From positions 96,001 to 160,000 of IMG/VR virus record IMGVR_UViG_3300025121_000014: DNA of 64,000 nt; one strand, written 5' to 3'. The DNA is from a virus (Duplodnaviria; Caudoviricetes). The position numbers and the translations under genes were made by a program. Each line of letters begins with the position of its first letter. The first letter of the stretch is position 1. The notes beneath the pieces are model-generated. The model was given only the letters and a program-made list of their open reading frames with translations. It was not told the origin of the DNA and did no database searches. This document shows, one piece after another, positions 1 through 10,675 of this stretch.

Positions 1-2697
1 TTGAGATGTAATTCTTTACCATCAACATATAAACAAATTATACCTAATAATTTACAAAAGTATGTAACTTTTGCATTATCAAGTAAAAATATTAGTATAG
101 AAGATGAAACAGGTAGTGTATTAAATTGGAATAGTTTAGTAGGTGATAAATATTTTGAACAAATAACATCATCAAATAGACCAGTTTTAGTACCGAATGA
201 AGGTGTTACTTTTGGAGGAACAAATGATTATTTAGACGGCGGAAGTGGTTCAACTTATGATATAGGAACTGGTACATTTCATTTTGAATGTTGGGCTAAA
301 TATAATACTGTTTCCACAGAAGGAACATTATTAAATATTAGTAACGGTGTTCACCCTTTAAGAGAATTTAATTTTGCTTTTAGAACTTATGGAATGAGAG
401 TAGTTCAATCAAATAGTGTAGGAACATCAACGAATTTCATAGAATTATATATGTCATTAAGTGCAAGTACTTGGTATCATATTATATTAAGTAGAGATGA
501 AGACGACAATCAATTTATTATAATTGATGGTATTTTAAGAAAAAAAGTACTAAATAATACATTTGTATTAGAAGGAACATATTTATGGTTAGGTTGGTTT
601 AAAAGATTACAATCAGCAGATAGGAATTTAGATGGTAATATGGATAATATACAATTATTAAGTGTTAACAAATATAATGTTAGTAATAAAAATGAAGGTG
701 ATAGAATATTTACACAATTACCTCAAAGACAAAGTGCTAAATCTATTAAATATGATCCATTTGTATTTAGTGTTAGTGTTACTGCTGGAAATATTTTCAC
801 AATACCTATGGTTAATGGTTATGAATATGATTATAGTGTTGATTGGGGAGATGGAAATAAATCTTATGTTAAATCTTATAATGATTCAAATGCCGTTCAT
901 ACATATACTTCAACTTCTTCTTTTGATATAAAAATAAATGGTACTTGTGAATATTTTTGTGTAAATAATATTTCAGCAATAGATACAAAAATAATAGAAA
1001 TTAAATCATGGGGCGATTTAGGATTTAAATTAATTAATTTTAACGGATGTTCTAATTTAACTACGCTACCATCAGGATCAACTGAACAAGGTAGATTAAC
1101 AGAAGTTGTTAGTTTTTACAGATTATTTTATTTTTGTACAAAATTAGAATCTATACCAAGTGGTATATTTGATGGGAATGTTAATGTTACTAATTTTTCA
1201 TATTCTTTTTATTATTGTACAAAATTAACAACAATACCAAGTAATTTATTTAAAGATAATATAAATGTTACAACATTTGAATATACATTTTATAATTGTA
1301 CAGCATTAACATTAATACCTAATGAATTATTTAATAATAATATCAGAATTACTAATTATAATAGAACATTTTATCAGTGTACAAACTTAGTAACATTGCC
1401 ATCCGAATTATTTAATACAAATGTGGTTACTTCATTTGATTATACATTTTATAGTTGTACAAAATTAGAAACAATTAATGGAAATATTTTCAATAGTTCT
1501 TTAGGTAGTAGTTTTTATCAAACATTTTATAATTGTCAATTATTATCATCAATACCAAGTGATTTATTTGGAATAAATACTAATGCAACTCAATTTTATA
1601 AAACATTTGAAAGATGTTATGCTTTAGCTACATTACCTAGTAGATTATTTAGTGATTGTACTAATATCAATAATTTTAGACAAACGTTTTATTATTGTAC
1701 ATCATTAACAACAATTTCAGATGATATATTTAGTGGGTGTACTAATGTAACTACATTTAATGCTACATTTCAAGATTGTACATCATTAATAACAATACCT
1801 ACTGATTTATTTAGTAGTAATACAAATGTTATAGCATTCGAGTATACATTTCAAAATTGTTCGTCATTAACAGAATTACCAATTGGATTATTTAGTAATA
1901 ATATTAATGTTGAACGTTTTGATAGTACATTTTATAATTGTACAGATTTAGCAACAATACATAGTGATTTATTTAGTGGATGTACTAATGTGACTGAAAT
2001 TATTTATGTATTTGATAGTTGTTCATCATTAACAACAATTCCAACTGATTTGTTTAGATATAATACATTAGTTTCAACTTTTAATAGTATATTTGAATAT
2101 TGTACATCATTAACAACAATTCCAACTGATTTGTTTAGATATAATATAAATGTTTCAGTTTATGGGTTTTATTATACATTTTATAATTGTACATCATTAA
2201 CAACAATTTCAACTGATTTGTTTAGATATAATATAAATGTTTCATATGATGGATTTTATTCAACATTTTATAATTGTACATCATTAACAACAATTCCAAC
2301 TGATTTGTTTAGATATAATACATTAGTATCAAATTGGGGATTTTATCGAACATTTTATAATTGTACATCATTAGAAACAATACCAACTGATTTATTTAGA
2401 TATAATACATCAGCATCGGATAGGTCGTTTTATCAAACGTTTTATAATTGTATAAAATTACAATTAAATAGAAATATATTTTATGCTGATGGTGATCAAA
2501 CAACAAGATTTTCTGGTTTAACAATTAGTTTTTATCAATGTTTTTATAGAACAACATTTACTGGAACACAGGGTGAAGCACCAGATTTATGGAATTGTAC
2601 TATTGGGACACCTACTAAAACACAATGTTTTGGAGGAGCGGGTAATTCATTAACTAGTTTAAGTAATTATGGTGATATTCCTATTGATTGGATTTAA
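1..2697 (+). CDS. Virion adhesin-like protein, probably 5'-partial: LamG/ConA-like domain, PKD-like domain, BspA-type leucine-rich repeats
   Basis: FHFECWAK/TWYHII/NLDGNMDNI LamG-like motifs; YDYSVDWGDG; ~18 CxxLxxIPxxLFxxNxxVTxFxxTF repeats; ORF begins at window edge. Confidence 0.75.
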   Translation: MRCNSLPSTYKQIIPNNLQKYVTFALSSKNISIEDETGSVLNWNSLVGDKYFEQITSSNRPVLVPNEGVTFGGTNDYLDGGSGSTYDIGTGTFHFECWAKYNTVSTEGTLLNISNGVHPLREFNFAFRTYGMRVVQSNSVGTSTNFIELYMSLSASTWYHIILSRDEDDNQFIIIDGILRKKVLNNTFVLEGTYLWLGWFKRLQSADRNLDGNMDNIQLLSVNKYNVSNKNEGDRIFTQLPQRQSAKSIKYDPFVFSVSVTAGNIFTIPMVNGYEYDYSVDWGDGNKSYVKSYNDSNAVHTYTSTSSFDIKINGTCEYFCVNNISAIDTKIIEIKSWGDLGFKLINFNGCSNLTTLPSGSTEQGRLTEVVSFYRLFYFCTKLESIPSGIFDGNVNVTNFSYSFYYCTKLTTIPSNLFKDNINVTTFEYTFYNCTALTLIPNELFNNNIRITNYNRTFYQCTNLVTLPSELFNTNVVTSFDYTFYSCTKLETINGNIFNSSLGSSFYQTFYNCQLLSSIPSDLFGINTNATQFYKTFERCYALATLPSRLFSDCTNINNFRQTFYYCTSLTTISDDIFSGCTNVTTFNATFQDCTSLITIPTDLFSSNTNVIAFEYTFQNCSSLTELPIGLFSNNINVERFDSTFYNCTDLATIHSDLFSGCTNVTEIIYVFDSCSSLTTIPTDLFRYNTLVSTFNSIFEYCTSLTTIPTDLFRYNINVSVYGFYYTFYNCTSLTTISTDLFRYNINVSYDGFYSTFYNCTSLTTIPTDLFRYNTLVSNWGFYRTFYNCTSLETIPTDLFRYNTSASDRSFYQTFYNCIKLQLNRNIFYADGDQTTRFSGLTISFYQCFYRTTFTGTQGEAPDLWNCTIGTPTKTQCFGGAGNSLTSLSNYGDIPIDWI
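2020..2451 (+). repeat. Near-identical tandem LRR-coding repeats (one 81-nt unit, then four 87-nt units)
   Basis: Unit TGTACATCATTAACAACAATTCCAACTGATTTGTTTAGATATAATA (minor variants) starts at 2020, 2101, 2188, 2275 and 2362. Confidence 0.9.
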
Positions 2698-2781
2698 TTT
2701 CTAATTTAACATATTTTAGAATAAATACTTATATCTATGAAACAAAAAATTACTAATCAGTAATAGTTCAACTTTGGTTAA

Positions 2782-2791
2782 TTAATATATA
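2782..2791 (+). promoter_or_regulatory. Recurrent TTAATATATA / TTTATATATA motif, putative phage late promoter
   Basis: Found 5-35 nt before starts at 2782, 8804, 11873, 12378, 17233, 25187, 26180, 32630, 34489, 42172, 50270, 53762, 58072; minus-strand copies at 8771, 35198, 39075, 47828. Confidence 0.6.
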
Positions 2792-2815
2792 ATATAAAAA
2801 TAATTATACCTACCA

Positions 2816-5800
2816 ATGACATATATTAAAGAAACCTATTATAACGTAGAAATTGAAAATTTATTTTATACTGTTAAAACTTTAACACCCGTAGATGATT
2901 CAACATTATCAATAACAAGTAGTTATATGATATTATCAGCAGAAACTGCAATAACATTAAATTCAACTACAAGTATATCTGATGGTTTATTTGAAGGACA
3001 AACAGTTACATTAAGAGGTAATAGTGATACTAATACAATAACAATAAATACTGGATCAAATACAAGATTAAACGGTAATATTACATTAGGAAATAATCAT
3101 ACAATATCATTACTTTATAATGGTATTATATGGGTAGAAACCGCTAGAAATAATTCAACAATCGGAGAATCTGGTAGTTCTGGTCATTTGGTTTTAGATG
3201 GAAGTGCAAATATATATTCAGATGGAACAGGTACAGCATCAAGTTTAAGCGGTGGTGCAAATAATATTTTTTTAGGAAATGATTCAGGTAATGCTGTAAC
3301 TATTGGTAGTAGAAATATATTTTTAGGATATCAATCAGGATATAAAAATACAGATAGTACTGATGATATAGGAATAGGTTATAGATCTGCTGGTTATTAT
3401 GCTACATATTCATCAACTAGTGAAAATGTATCTATTGGTAATTATGCAGGTAGTACATTAGGTGATGGTGTTTCAAATACATTTATAGGTGCTTGGGCAG
3501 GTTTCAATAGAAGTGTAGGTAATTATAATACATTTGTTGGTTATGGTGCGGGTAGTGGTGGTACTAGTGGAGATTATAATGTATTTATAGGATATTTATC
3601 TGGAAATTTAGAAACAATAGGTTCTAATAAACTTTTTATATCTAACTCAGATACATCTACTCCTTTAATTTATGGAGAATTTGATAATTCAATATTACAA
3701 TTTAATGGAACAGTTAAAGCTGAAAATATGGAACCTATTATAGATGATACATATACTCTAAGTACTAGTGTAACTATAACCGGAACAACTAATATAGAAA
3801 CTACTGATATAATAGATTGGGATTTAGATTGTACTGGACAAGGAAATCCAACTATAAGTGCGGGTCAATCATTTTTAACTTCTACTGGATTATCATTATC
3901 AGGTGTAAGTGTATATTTATCAACGGGTATAACTTGGGTAAGTGATGATAATATTCCAATTAGTGCTAAATTATATACTGTAGTAGATGGTGATCCTGTA
4001 ACATTACTTGCAACAAGTACAAATAGTGTGAGTAGTGATGATTTAAATATATCACCAACACAAACTACATTTTACTTTTCATCATATACATTATCAGGTG
4101 CAACTAATTATATTATTGATATTGAAGGTAATTTTACTGCACAATTAGGTGGATTTAAAGTATGGGGTAGTTCTACTAATACTTATGCTAATGGTTATGC
4201 TATTTCAACAGAGGGGGGTGGATATGTTACAAAAAATGATAATGATTTAGCATTTGATATTTTATTTTCAACAATAGAAACAATAGAAACAAGATGGAAA
4301 AGTTTAGAATTATCTAAACATATAAAAATAGGGACATCTGATGGTACTGCTACTGATGGTATGATTCGATATACTGGAACTGATTTTGAAGGATATGATA
4401 GTAGTACTTGGAAAAGTTTAACAGCAGGTATTACAGTTAGTAATCCATCAAATAATAGAATTCTAACATCTGATGGTACTTCTAATGGTATTAATGCAGA
4501 ATCTAATTTAACCTTTAATGGTTCAGTATTAAGTATAACAGGTAATACTATATTTGATGGAACTGTGGATAGATCTATTAAATTAGAAGATATATCAGGA
4601 AGTGCAAATAATTTATACATTTATGGTTCTAGTGGTTCTACTAATGGGGGATCTATTTTTTTAAGAGCTGGTGATGGTGTGTCAAGTTATGGTGGTAGTA
4701 TTTTTATACAAGCTGGTGATACAACTGCAACAACAAGTGGTGGTCACGTTTATATAGATGCTGGTAATACTAATAGTTCTGATTTATTAGGTGGTGTAGT
4801 AATAGGTAATAATAGTTTAGGTGATATAACAATTAAAATTCCATTATATATTCAAAATACTACTTATGCTAGAAATATTAATTCATCTACACATAATTAT
4901 TATGATTTAGGTAGTGGTTCTGGTATTATAACAACAACTTTATCATCTTCTTACGAAACTATGGATGATGGTGGTTGGGCAACATTAGCACAAATTTTTA
5001 CAGTTAAAAAAGCATTCAATTTAACAAGTGCAACTTTATTACTTAATAGAAATGTTGGATTATGGAATGGTGATTTAGTAGCTAAAATATACTCTGTTAC
5101 AGGTGGAACAAATGGAGAACCATTATCATTATTAGCAACAAGTACGAATACTGTTTCTATAGATAGTATAGAGTATGAACCAGATTCTGTAAATTTTACA
5201 TTTGCAAGTTATAATTTAAATAGTAGTACATATTATGCATTAGTATTAGATACACAATCATCTACGGCATTTTCTATAAATTGGTCAGGTGCAATTGGTG
5301 TTTATAATGATGGTATAGGTTTAAAATATGATGGTTCGTGGACTACATCTACAACAGATTTTAGTTTAAAATTAAATGAAACTGATACGTATTATTGGAA
5401 AGATTTATTTGTTCAAGGTGATGTAGATTTTGGAGGAAATGTTATAAGTTCTATAAATATGACAACAACTACTGGTGCATTAAAAGTATCTAATTTAACA
5501 AATACACAAGAAGAAGATTTAAGTGCAGCAAACGGTATGATTATTTATAATACTACAACTAATAAATTTAGAGGTCGTGTAAATGGTGTATGGTCAGATT
5601 TTACAACTTCTGGTGATACAGCACCAATTTCTTCTTCATATTGGGCATATACACCAGATTTATCATCTATTTATTTTTCTAATAATGTGGCTATTGGTAA
5701 AAATACAAACCCTACAACAAAATTAGATATAGTTGGTGATGTTCAATTAGATTATGTATCAGGTGGAGGTAGTCAAAGAACTATATCTATAAGTCAAAAT

Positions 5801-6709
5801 AGTGTAGCTGGTCAAAATGGAACTAATTTAAAATTATTATCTGGTAATGGTGTTGTTAATGGTGGTGCATTGTATATTGGATCAGGTAATTCTATTAGTG
5901 GAATCGGTGGTCATGTTTATATATATGGTGGTAGTACTACATCTGGAACGGAAGGTGATGTATATATAGGATATACTGGTTCAGTAGCAAATGGTAAAAC
6001 TTATGTACAAAATCCAATAATATTTTCATCAACAATTAATAGTGATATAACATTATCTGGTTCAACAAATAGTATTATAAGTGTAGTTACTGCGGGAAGT
6101 GGTGAAAATGGTAATGTTGGTTATAAATTAACTATACGATCAGGTGAAGGTTTTAATGATGGTGCAGATTTAAATTTATATGGTGGTTATGGTTATGCAA
6201 ATGGTGGCGATGTATATATTAGTGGGGGTAAATATAATTCTACAACTACTCTTTATGAAGGTAATGTTATTATAGGACAATACGGTTCTAGTGGTGCAAT
6301 TGTAGGCGAAACTAATATTAAAAATAATTTAATAGTTGATGGTACTTCTCAATTTTATGATGATGTTATTTTTTCTAAAAATGTTAGAGTATATGGTCAA
6401 TCATGGACTGAAATATATACATTAACATCATCAGCAAATATACAAACCGATTGTGATAATAGTAACGTATTTAAATTGAGTTTAGCTCATAACGCAACTT
6501 TAAAAAATCCATTAAATCTTAAAGCAGGTGCAACGTATTTATGGATTATTACTAATACAGGTAATTATGATTTAACTTATGAAGGATATTTTAAATTCCC
6601 AAACGGATATAACACAGATTTAACATTTAATACTGTATGTATATTGACAGGTATATGTGAATCATCAACAGGACCGATATATAGTAATTTAACACAAAAT
6701 TTAATATAA
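2816..6709 (+). CDS. Long tail-fibre-like protein with Gly-rich NxFxGxxAG repeats and modular domains
   Basis: Ser/Thr/Gly-rich; NIFLGYQSG-type repeats; two LLATSTN modules; fibre-type C-terminus. Confidence 0.65.
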   Translation: MTYIKETYYNVEIENLFYTVKTLTPVDDSTLSITSSYMILSAETAITLNSTTSISDGLFEGQTVTLRGNSDTNTITINTGSNTRLNGNITLGNNHTISLLYNGIIWVETARNNSTIGESGSSGHLVLDGSANIYSDGTGTASSLSGGANNIFLGNDSGNAVTIGSRNIFLGYQSGYKNTDSTDDIGIGYRSAGYYATYSSTSENVSIGNYAGSTLGDGVSNTFIGAWAGFNRSVGNYNTFVGYGAGSGGTSGDYNVFIGYLSGNLETIGSNKLFISNSDTSTPLIYGEFDNSILQFNGTVKAENMEPIIDDTYTLSTSVTITGTTNIETTDIIDWDLDCTGQGNPTISAGQSFLTSTGLSLSGVSVYLSTGITWVSDDNIPISAKLYTVVDGDPVTLLATSTNSVSSDDLNISPTQTTFYFSSYTLSGATNYIIDIEGNFTAQLGGFKVWGSSTNTYANGYAISTEGGGYVTKNDNDLAFDILFSTIETIETRWKSLELSKHIKIGTSDGTATDGMIRYTGTDFEGYDSSTWKSLTAGITVSNPSNNRILTSDGTSNGINAESNLTFNGSVLSITGNTIFDGTVDRSIKLEDISGSANNLYIYGSSGSTNGGSIFLRAGDGVSSYGGSIFIQAGDTTATTSGGHVYIDAGNTNSSDLLGGVVIGNNSLGDITIKIPLYIQNTTYARNINSSTHNYYDLGSGSGIITTTLSSSYETMDDGGWATLAQIFTVKKAFNLTSATLLLNRNVGLWNGDLVAKIYSVTGGTNGEPLSLLATSTNTVSIDSIEYEPDSVNFTFASYNLNSSTYYALVLDTQSSTAFSINWSGAIGVYNDGIGLKYDGSWTTSTTDFSLKLNETDTYYWKDLFVQGDVDFGGNVISSINMTTTTGALKVSNLTNTQEEDLSAANGMIIYNTTTNKFRGRVNGVWSDFTTSGDTAPISSSYWAYTPDLSSIYFSNNVAIGKNTNPTTKLDIVGDVQLDYVSGGGSQRTISISQNSVAGQNGTNLKLLSGNGVVNGGALYIGSGNSISGIGGHVYIYGGSTTSGTEGDVYIGYTGSVANGKTYVQNPIIFSSTINSDITLSGSTNSIISVVTAGSGENGNVGYKLTIRSGEGFNDGADLNLYGGYGYANGGDVYISGGKYNSTTTLYEGNVIIGQYGSSGAIVGETNIKNNLIVDGTSQFYDDVIFSKNVRVYGQSWTEIYTLTSSANIQTDCDNSNVFKLSLAHNATLKNPLNLKAGATYLWIITNTGNYDLTYEGYFKFPNGYNTDLTFNTVCILTGICESSTGPIYSNLTQNLI

Positions 6710-6712
6710 AAA

Positions 6713-8050
6713 ATGATAAGTATACCAACAACACTTTTTATAGGTAATAATAAAGAATTAACAACTTCTTTTAGTTTTTATACATCATCTAAATCTATAA
6801 TTTATCCTACAATAACGACTAGTGATAATAGTGCTGATTATGCTTCTTGGGAAGTAGGTAATTATGATTATTATACTGGTAGTAGTCCATCTATTGATTT
6901 ATCATCATTTACTGATAGTTGGGTTTATATAAAAGTTTATACATACGATCCAACAAAAATTACTCACTTATACATAAGTAGTTGTAAATTAATACATACT
7001 TTATACATAAATTATTTGAATGGTTTATTATATTTAAATGCATCATCAAATCCAACATTATATAGTATAACTATGCCTACTAATAATTTAGAAATAACAA
7101 CTGGTATGTATATTTCTGATTGTACAACATTACAAACGTTAGATTTTACTGGATTTTCAAATTTAGCTGGTATAATATTTATACGTGGTTGTTCTTCATT
7201 AACAACTGTAAAATTAACAACATCTAATCAACTTATAACATCGTTTAATGCCGAAAATTGTAATTTAACAGATACATTATATTTATCATTTCTTACAGGT
7301 CTATCTGGTGATATAATATTAGATTTTAATTATAATTTAGATTTTTTAATATTACCTGCTAGTTCACAAGAAGTAACTTATTTTAGTGCTGATAATTGTT
7401 ATAATTTAAAACTGCTTAGTGCTGGTTCAATGACTAATATGAAAACATATTTTTCTGTAAACAATGCTAATTCTTTATATTATTTTTCTCCGCCAGTTAC
7501 AAGTAATAGATTTAGTACTTTTAGACTTAGTGGTACAGTTTTATCTGGAATAATAGATTTAAGTAATATGGGTACTTTCGAAGGTGATATTATTATGAAT
7601 AGTAATATTAATGTTACTAATGTTACATTTCCAACAATTTCAAATAACGGAACATTAGGTAAATTTTATTTACATTATTGTAATTTAGGTTCTACATTTG
7701 AAATACCTTTTGAGTGTGGTTATAATACTGATATTAAATTAGATGATAATTCAAATTTACAACATGTAGATTTACCAGTAACATCAGAATTTTGGAAATT
7801 TAGTATAAGTAATTGTGATTTAGAATTAATAGAATGGAATGTTAAATTTACATCTACTGATAATAATTATTGTAAAGTAGTAATTCAAGGAAATGGTATG
7901 GACGGTGCTTTAATTGGATTAAATTATAAATATTTATATGATACTGGTTGGTGGTATGGTGAATTATGGGTTGATTCTACTTTAAATTCAGATGCAATAT
8001 ATTATAAAGGAAAGTTAAAATATAGAGGTTGGACTATATACACTATTTAG
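6713..8050 (+). CDS. LRR-like virion/receptor-binding protein
   Basis: Degenerate LxxLxxxxCxxL repeats; directly follows the fibre gene. Confidence 0.5.
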   Translation: MISIPTTLFIGNNKELTTSFSFYTSSKSIIYPTITTSDNSADYASWEVGNYDYYTGSSPSIDLSSFTDSWVYIKVYTYDPTKITHLYISSCKLIHTLYINYLNGLLYLNASSNPTLYSITMPTNNLEITTGMYISDCTTLQTLDFTGFSNLAGIIFIRGCSSLTTVKLTTSNQLITSFNAENCNLTDTLYLSFLTGLSGDIILDFNYNLDFLILPASSQEVTYFSADNCYNLKLLSAGSMTNMKTYFSVNNANSLYYFSPPVTSNRFSTFRLSGTVLSGIIDLSNMGTFEGDIIMNSNINVTNVTFPTISNNGTLGKFYLHYCNLGSTFEIPFECGYNTDIKLDDNSNLQHVDLPVTSEFWKFSISNCDLELIEWNVKFTSTDNNYCKVVIQGNGMDGALIGLNYKYLYDTGWWYGELWVDSTLNSDAIYYKGKLKYRGWTIYTI

Positions 8051-8394
8051 TAGAAAGACATATCACCACTCCAAGAACTTTGAGTTGGTATTGAATCCCC
8101 AACATATGGTCTAATTGTCGGATTTACTGTCGGATCTAATCCTGTATCATCACTAACACCCGTATAACCACCTACTATATCTTGTAAAGTTATTGCATGA
8201 TTAGGCGCATTAAATAAATGAGAACCTTCAATATTATGTGAAACTATAAAATTATTTATAGATAATTTCTTAACTATTTTTACAGGTACTATATCACCTG
8301 TTATATCATATCTTATAAATACTTTATCTCCAACTGAATAACTTTTTGTATTTTGATATTTTTCTGTTATATATTCTATAAATTTTGTTATCAT
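8047..8394 (-). CDS. Hypothetical protein
   Basis: 115-aa ORF, co-oriented with 8398-8712. Confidence 0.6.
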   Translation of the reverse strand: MITKFIEYITEKYQNTKSYSVGDKVFIRYDITGDIVPVKIVKKLSINNFIVSHNIEGSHLFNAPNHAITLQDIVGGYTGVSDDTGLDPTVNPTIRPYVGDSIPTQSSWSGDMSFY

Positions 8395-8397
8395 AAT

Positions 8398-8712
8398 TTA
8401 TTTTGTTTTTATTAATATGTCTGATTTATCTGCAATATCATATATCGATTCATAAACTGGTAATAATTCTTTCTGTTCTTTTTTTTCTTTCATTTTATTT
8501 AATAATGGAATTAAATCATTTAAAATATTATTACCTAATTTAGCAATATTATTTTTATTTTGTACTAACCGATTATAATATTCAATATTAAATTGTTCTA
8601 AGGTTGTTTCCTTATTAACATATTTATTCCAAATATCTGATACATTAATAGTTAATTTCCAATCATCAGAACCGTAAAAGTCTTCCATTTCATTAAAATG
8701 ATAAATTTTCAT
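8398..8712 (-). CDS. Hypothetical protein (MKIYHFNE leader)
   Basis: ORF preceded by a minus-strand TTAATATATA at 8771-8780. Confidence 0.6.
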   Translation of the reverse strand: MKIYHFNEMEDFYGSDDWKLTINVSDIWNKYVNKETTLEQFNIEYYNRLVQNKNNIAKLGNNILNDLIPLLNKMKEKKEQKELLPVYESIYDIADKSDILIKTK

Positions 8713-8834
8713 TTATTTATTTTTTATTTTTTTGTATTTATTATAAATTATTATGTTGTTTGTCATACTCTATATATTAAATCTTAATTATTAAAATTAT
8801 AATTTAATATATAATAAAAAGTAAATTAAATTAT

Positions 8835-10670
8835 ATGGCAATTGGAACTAAATTATATCCCGTAATCGTTTTAAAAGAATTAGAAAATGATTCAAGTATT
8901 TCTGTAATTAGTGGATTTACCTATATTTATACTAAAACCAATAATAATTTATATTTTAAAAATACTGGTATTACAGAAGCTAGATTCTATACAAGTAATG
9001 AATCTATTATACCAAATATAAATAGTACAAATGATATAGGTACAACTAATTATTCATTTCGAGATTTATATTTAAACGGCAGTATCAAAATACCTAACGG
9101 TCAAACTATATTCAATGTTAATACAACTTATAATAATACATCCGTAGGTCATCTTGCTGGTGGTACAAATACAGGCACTAATAATGTAACTGTTGGTTAT
9201 TCATCTGGTTATAATTTATTAAATAGCGCTAATAATACTTTAATTGGTACTGATGCAGGATATAATCTTACTACTGGTGATGGTAATATATTTTTAGGTT
9301 ATCAAGCTGGTTATCAAGAAACAGGAAATGATAAATTATACATATCTAATTGGAGTGGAAACACAGGACAAACTTTAATTTATGGTGATTTTAGTACTAA
9401 TGAATTAACTATAAATGCAGATGTTGAAATTAGTAACACTATTGATATTGGTGGTGATTTAATAAAGTTTAGTGGATTTGATTTTATAAGATCTGCTAAT
9501 ATATCTACTACAGTTATAGGTATTGAAGCTGCAACTGGATTAACAAGTAGTGGATATAATAATGTAATTATAGGTTATCGTGCAATGCAATCAATAGAAA
9601 GTTGGGATAATTGTACAGCAATAGGTGTTGAGGCAGGAAGATATCAGAGATATCATCATCAAATATTTATTGGTTATCAAGCAGGGTTAGGTGTAGAAGG
9701 AGTTACAACTGCTGATGGTAGTATGGCAATAGGAAATTATGCACTTAAAGTAATAGAAACAGGTTCGAATAATTTAGCCATAGGTCACAGTACTATGTTT
9801 AAATTTACAGACGGGTCTAGTAATACAGCAGTAGGATACAATGCGATATTTAATAATTTAACTGGAAGTTATAATACAGGTTTAGGCCAAGGTGCATTAT
9901 ATCAAAGTTTAGGTAGTAGTAATGTGGCTATTGGTTATTATGCTGGTCAAAATGCACAAAGCGGTGGTGTTTATATAGGTCATAAAGCAGGATTTTATGA
10001 AACAGGATCAAATAAATTATTTATTGCAAATGATAATCATACAAGTGAAGCTATTAGTAGAATAACATCATTAGTTTATGGTGAATTTGATACACCTTTA
10101 TTAAGATTTAATTCAACTGTTGAAATTAGCGGAAATACAATACCTATTTATAACAATTCAACTGATTTAGGTTCTTCGTCATACGGTTGGAGAAATTTAT
10201 ATTTATCTAATGATAGTGGAATATATGTTGGTAGTATTGAAGGAATACGAGTAGGAAGTGGTGAAACCTGGTTAAATCATGAAATTCATATAGAAAACGA
10301 TACTTGGATAACTGGAAGAAATAATTCAGGAACAACAGAAGTAAATATAATAAAAATAAATACAAATGATGAAATAGAATTAGGTGCTACATTTAATGTA
10401 GGAAGTTTAGAAGCAGCCGAAGATAGTGGTGCAGTAACTTTATTTGATATGCCTGTTTCAAGCACACCAACATTAGGTGATGAAATGTCTGCTACTATAA
10501 AAATTGATGGAAATAATATTTTAAAAATTTATGCTGAAGCAGATGGTACTGGTGGTGTTGATACTTATAGAGTAAAATTATTAAATAAAGCAAAATTAGT
10601 TTTACAAGATAGTACAGGAATTGAACACACTTATGAAGCTGATTCTGATGGATCGTTAATAATAAGTTAA
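8835..10670 (+). CDS. Tail-fibre-like protein with Gly-rich beta-roll repeats
   Basis: Many NxAIGxxA / NIFLGYQAG repeats; YDLGSSSYxWRNLY-type module. Confidence 0.65.
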   Translation: MAIGTKLYPVIVLKELENDSSISVISGFTYIYTKTNNNLYFKNTGITEARFYTSNESIIPNINSTNDIGTTNYSFRDLYLNGSIKIPNGQTIFNVNTTYNNTSVGHLAGGTNTGTNNVTVGYSSGYNLLNSANNTLIGTDAGYNLTTGDGNIFLGYQAGYQETGNDKLYISNWSGNTGQTLIYGDFSTNELTINADVEISNTIDIGGDLIKFSGFDFIRSANISTTVIGIEAATGLTSSGYNNVIIGYRAMQSIESWDNCTAIGVEAGRYQRYHHQIFIGYQAGLGVEGVTTADGSMAIGNYALKVIETGSNNLAIGHSTMFKFTDGSSNTAVGYNAIFNNLTGSYNTGLGQGALYQSLGSSNVAIGYYAGQNAQSGGVYIGHKAGFYETGSNKLFIANDNHTSEAISRITSLVYGEFDTPLLRFNSTVEISGNTIPIYNNSTDLGSSSYGWRNLYLSNDSGIYVGSIEGIRVGSGETWLNHEIHIENDTWITGRNNSGTTEVNIIKINTNDEIELGATFNVGSLEAAEDSGAVTLFDMPVSSTPTLGDEMSATIKIDGNNILKIYAEADGTGGVDTYRVKLLNKAKLVLQDSTGIEHTYEADSDGSLIIS

Positions 10671-10675
10671 AAATT

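Noticed and set aside
2020-2451. DGR variable/template repeat
   Set aside because: No reverse transcriptase in the window, differences are not adenine-specific, and all copies are in-frame coding units.
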